The notes below the pieces were generated by a model. The model was not told the origin of the DNA. It worked only from the letters and a program-made list of their open reading frames with translations, and did not search any database. A DNA stretch of 52,663 nucleotides from an uncultured Gammaproteobacteria bacterium (lineage in GTDB: Bacteria > Pseudomonadota > Gammaproteobacteria > Poriferisulfidales > GCA-002705445), in NCBI GenBank assembly GCA_913042035.1, contig CAJWIN010000003.1:1-52663 (forward strand). The letters run 5' to 3'. Position 1 is the stretch's first letter. Each line of letters begins with the position of its first letter. Both the position numbers and the translations under genes were made by a program. Positions 49,441 through 52,663 of this stretch are shown here, one piece after another.

Positions 49441-51531
49441 TCAACTAACTTCATAAGTATAATCTGGATCCAAATATTTTTTACAGGCCTCAACAATTTT
49501 AGGATTTTCAGGATTTTTATAATTAAGGTTTACTGTAACAGATGAAATAGTTCCTTTGGCGTAACTAATGTTCAGTCTTTTTTTCCAGTTCTCTGTTAGA
49601 GCCATGTCTGCGGAACTTTTTAATACCTTCAAATATTTTTCTTTATTTTCTTCATAAAATTTTAAACTTGGAATAACAAAGCCACATCTCTCGCTACCGC
49701 GAGTCGAATAATGTTTTGTTTCTACAAATTTTTTAATTACATAAGGTTTGTTATTCCCAACCATTGGCATTTTATAATCATTATCATAATGTCTCAAGAT
49801 ATCACAGTATATTTTTCCTTTTTCTTTACAACCACCAAACCCTAAAAGCTTATGTTTTTCTATGTAGCAAGTGATCTCTCCAGCATACATGATTTCTGCC
49901 TCCGGAAAATTCTCTTTAATATCATCATGCAGAACTCGAATAAATTTTGCTGCCTCTTCATCTAATTGTTGACTGGATGCCCATCCATCATCAGTTGGTT
50001 CACCTGTTTTATCTAGAAGCCAAGCATCTAAACCATCAAGATATCTTCGTTTATAAGCACCCTCTCGTTCTGGAAGTACTATTTGCCCTTGATCTGTGCT
50101 TGTAACGCTCGTAACAGATGTTTCATTTAAAATTTCTGCAATAATTGATCCAAGATCTTCTTGTTTATCAGCCAGCAGATCATCTTTTATATAACTAAAG
50201 AATTTTGAAATATCTGCTGCTCTTGGCTTAAGTCTAGGGCGACCATAGCAGATTCTAAATAAAGCTTGTTCCCACTCTTCATTGAAATCATCGGTTTTCT
50301 TCGCTGTTTCAAACTCAGTATCAAATATTTTCTTCGTTTCTTCCGAGGTTTTATGGGCGTGCGCTCCTGCCCTTTCTTCAGAGCGATTAGTTTCTTTAAA
50401 GGCTAATTCATCATTCCACAAAATAAAATTTGGTTCTCTTGAAAGTAAACTATAAACCGGCGGAAAGGCGATTTGTAAACACAATAAAGCAAACAGAATA
50501 AATTTTTCATCTTCCTGATTGATTGATTTTGCATCATCATTTGGATCAGATGTTATCCCTTCTTTTTTATTTTTCTCTTGTGCTATCTGTTTTTCTTCCG
50601 AAAAAATCTGAATCAAAGAAACTGAATTCACTAAACGCTTTATTGATCTTGGGTTTCCACCGATTGTTCGCATGATAATTTCACGTACAGCCAGATCGTC
50701 CAAGCCATCTCCTTCTACAAATCCAATTTCTACCAACAATGAATTTACATACTGGCCAATATTATATTGACCCATAGGCATCATAAATGGTAATTGAATA
50801 ATCTTATCAAAAAACGCTCTGAACTCCCATTCATTCTCAGCTGTTTGCTTACCAAATTTATCTTCTAACCCCTTTACTACAACTTGATAATCAATAGCTA
50901 AAATAAATACACACTTTGGAACACTAAAAATATTTTTAAGAAGCTCCAAAATAGCAACTGCATTCTTTGGTTCAATTCGATCGAGATCGTCAACATAAAT
51001 AATAACTTTTTCATATGGGTTAGTATCTCGTTTTGCCATCTCCTCAACAACACTAGTAAGCTGCTTTCTTAAAGCTGATATGCTAACACCGCTTGATGAC
51101 GTAAGTTCTTCTGCAACTTTACCAGCTTCTAAACCTAAAGTAGCAGAAGCTCCAATTCTCAAAGCTCCTTTTAAGATAACCTGAGCACCTTTTTTAATTT
51201 TTTCGACTCGTTCTTTGTTTGGATCTGCTTCTACTAGCTCGTCAATCATTCTGGTGACAATTTTAAGAAGCGCTTCTTCTGGGGAAGACAATAGAGAATA
51301 CTCCCAAGCATTTATCCATATTTGTTTTACTTTTTCTTGTGATTCAAACGAGTGATGAATTGAATTTATTAAAGATGTTTTCCCGCTTCCCCATTCACCT
51401 TGAATACCTACGGTGATTGGAGTACTAGTTTCATTAATAAACTTAATAAGAGAGTTAGTATGTAATTCAATACCTAGATTGTCTTTCTTTCCACCAGGAT
51501 TAGCTTCGTCTATTATTCCAATCTTTTTCAT
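49441..51531 (-). CDS. KAP-family P-loop NTPase with uncharacterised C-terminal extension
   Basis: GIQGEWGSGKTS (Walker A), WINAW, IYVDDLDRI (Walker B), FDKIIQLPF, GNPRSIKR. Confidence 0.92.
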   Translation of the reverse strand: MKKIGIIDEANPGGKKDNLGIELHTNSLIKFINETSTPITVGIQGEWGSGKTSLINSIHHSFESQEKVKQIWINAWEYSLLSSPEEALLKIVTRMIDELVEADPNKERVEKIKKGAQVILKGALRIGASATLGLEAGKVAEELTSSSGVSISALRKQLTSVVEEMAKRDTNPYEKVIIYVDDLDRIEPKNAVAILELLKNIFSVPKCVFILAIDYQVVVKGLEDKFGKQTAENEWEFRAFFDKIIQLPFMMPMGQYNIGQYVNSLLVEIGFVEGDGLDDLAVREIIMRTIGGNPRSIKRLVNSVSLIQIFSEEKQIAQEKNKKEGITSDPNDDAKSINQEDEKFILFALLCLQIAFPPVYSLLSREPNFILWNDELAFKETNRSEERAGAHAHKTSEETKKIFDTEFETAKKTDDFNEEWEQALFRICYGRPRLKPRAADISKFFSYIKDDLLADKQEDLGSIIAEILNETSVTSVTSTDQGQIVLPEREGAYKRRYLDGLDAWLLDKTGEPTDDGWASSQQLDEEAAKFIRVLHDDIKENFPEAEIMYAGEITCYIEKHKLLGFGGCKEKGKIYCDILRHYDNDYKMPMVGNNKPYVIKKFVETKHYSTRGSERCGFVIPSLKFYEENKEKYLKVLKSSADMALTENWKKRLNISYAKGTISSVTVNLNYKNPENPKIVEACKKYLDPDYTYEVS

Positions 51532-51633
51532 TATTTTAATTCTTGTTATTATTGTTATTTAACTGAAATTAATATATACATATTAGACACTTACATATAA
51601 AACACAAGAGTAAAATCTAGGGGGGATAGGAAG

Positions 51634-51945
51634 ATGTTAAGGTGGGCAATTAGAGCTATTGCAGCAAGCAAATACAAGAACCAAGCTATTAAAGAATCTG
51701 GCCAAGCTACAAGAAAGGCTAAAGATGCTATGGGAAAATTTAGATATGCAAAAAACGAGAGGGATAATACAAAAAAACTAAACTATATGGCTGAGGGTAT
51801 GAGCTATTTAGCTGAGGCTGTGAATCATAATTCAAACGCAATTGATCCTTTAGCAGAAATGTCTTGGGTAGCTTCATTATTGGTGGAGAGCATACAAAAA
51901 AACTTAGACGAACAAACTAAAGATATTGTGTCAAAATTAAAATAA
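51634..51945 (+). CDS. Hypothetical alpha-helical protein (103 aa)
   Basis: Strong purine-rich SD; Ala/Lys-rich amphipathic helices; divergent from the KAP NTPase. Confidence 0.7.
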   Translation: MLRWAIRAIAASKYKNQAIKESGQATRKAKDAMGKFRYAKNERDNTKKLNYMAEGMSYLAEAVNHNSNAIDPLAEMSWVASLLVESIQKNLDEQTKDIVSKLK

Positions 51946-51959
51946 ATAAAAATTTTAAA

Positions 51960-52451
51960 ATGAACGGCTTTAAAGATTTACCAAAACTATACTGCGATAT
52001 GGATCAGGTGCTTTGTGATTTTATCACAAGTGCAAATTCTGTTTTGCAAGATGATTTTACAAAAGTCAATAATGTAATACGGTGGAAATCAATTAACGAT
52101 GTTGCGGACTTTTGGGAAAACTTACCTTGGATGCCAGACGGAAAAGAACTTCATGAAATGATAATAAAATATAATCCTTATATATTATCAGCCTATTCTG
52201 AAAGAGATAAGAATTGCATAGAGGGAAAGTATAAATGGCTAAAGAATAATACCAGTATACCAAGAGCACGTGTAAATCTTGTTAAACGAGCAGAAAAAAA
52301 AACATATGCAACATTTAATGGACGACCTAATGTGCTTATAGATGATTATCTTAAGAATATTGAAGATTGGAAAGACAATGGTGGCATTGCGATACATCAT
52401 GCAAATACAGAAAGAACTGTGCATGAACTTTCAAATTTAGGTTTTATATAA
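51960..52451 (+). CDS. HAD-superfamily 5'(3')-deoxyribonucleotidase-like (NT5C), phage-type
   Basis: LYCDMDQVL (DxD motif I), FWENLPWMP, ILSA, GKYKWL, VLIDD, NIEDWKDNGG. Confidence 0.8.
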   Translation: MNGFKDLPKLYCDMDQVLCDFITSANSVLQDDFTKVNNVIRWKSINDVADFWENLPWMPDGKELHEMIIKYNPYILSAYSERDKNCIEGKYKWLKNNTSIPRARVNLVKRAEKKTYATFNGRPNVLIDDYLKNIEDWKDNGGIAIHHANTERTVHELSNLGFI

Positions 52452-52662
52452 AAATGCTGTGAGTACAAATTAAGCATAATTTGCAAAATGATAATGCATT
52501 ATCATTAAATTTAATCAAATTACCTGTTGAGAATCCATGAGCTGCTGATGTAGTTACTGTTAATATACCAACAGCACCATTATAATCCGCACCATTTGGA
52601 GTATGTGACGTTGCACCAGAAAGAATGCCATACTCGTACTGACCAAAAAGTTCGAACTTTTT
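52444..52662 (-). other. Partial open frame running off the window end, containing a phage-structural-protein-like fragment
   Basis: Translates as KKFELFGQYEYGILSGATSHTPNGADYNGAVGILTVTTSAAHGFSTGNLIKFNDNALSFCKL...*; no start codon within the window. Confidence 0.4.
52487..52506. repeat. Perfect 20-bp palindrome
   Basis: AATGATAATG|CATTATCATT. Confidence 0.9.
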
Positions 52663-52663
52663 G
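52644..52663. repeat. Perfect 20-bp palindrome at the window end
   Basis: CAAAAAGTTC|GAACTTTTTG. Confidence 0.9.

Noticed and set aside
52487-52506. Fur box
   Set aside because: The spacing is 7-2-7 rather than the canonical 7-1-7. It lies downstream of a gene and inside a probable chimeric coding fragment, with no regulated gene visible.
48978-52663. Intact prophage or integrative element at the right end
   Set aside because: No integrase, terminase, capsid gene or att repeat is visible; there are only isolated phage-like pieces.

Overview
This window is an AT-rich, tightly packed segment of a gammaproteobacterial chromosome, probably from a streamlined marine lineage (inference). Most of it is conserved housekeeping gene order: rpsB-tsf-pyrH-frr-uppS-cdsA-dxr-rseP-bamA-skp-lpxD-fabZ-lpxA; map-glnD-dapD-dapE; thrS-infC-rpmI-rplT-pheST-ihfA-merR joined directly to lepB-rnc-era-recO-pdxJ-acpS-cysM-exonuclease; and sat with a divergent rpe-trpE-trpG-trpDC. 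The accessory parts are (i) an MMPL/RND + LolA-like + outer-membrane beta-barrel trio between tRNA-Val(GAC) and thrS, (ii) Dabb, a hypothetical gene and a Cas4-like nuclease, and (iii) a Zur-boxed COG0523-DUF1826 pair followed by a KAP NTPase locus and a phage-type nucleotidase. Notable oddities are a probable gnnB-lpxB pair inverted relative to lpxA, a TrpD-TrpC fusion, PheT lacking its B2 OB-fold, S2 with a KKVAT repeat tail, and an unlisted ATT-start membrane ORF behind sat. Both window ends look like mosaics of foreign, partly phage-like fragments and are probably assembly or amplification chimeras. I saw no CRISPR array, integrase or IS. The best candidates for an uncharacterised system are the MMPL-LolA-barrel cassette and the KAP NTPase locus. 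Both are inferences that need database searches.
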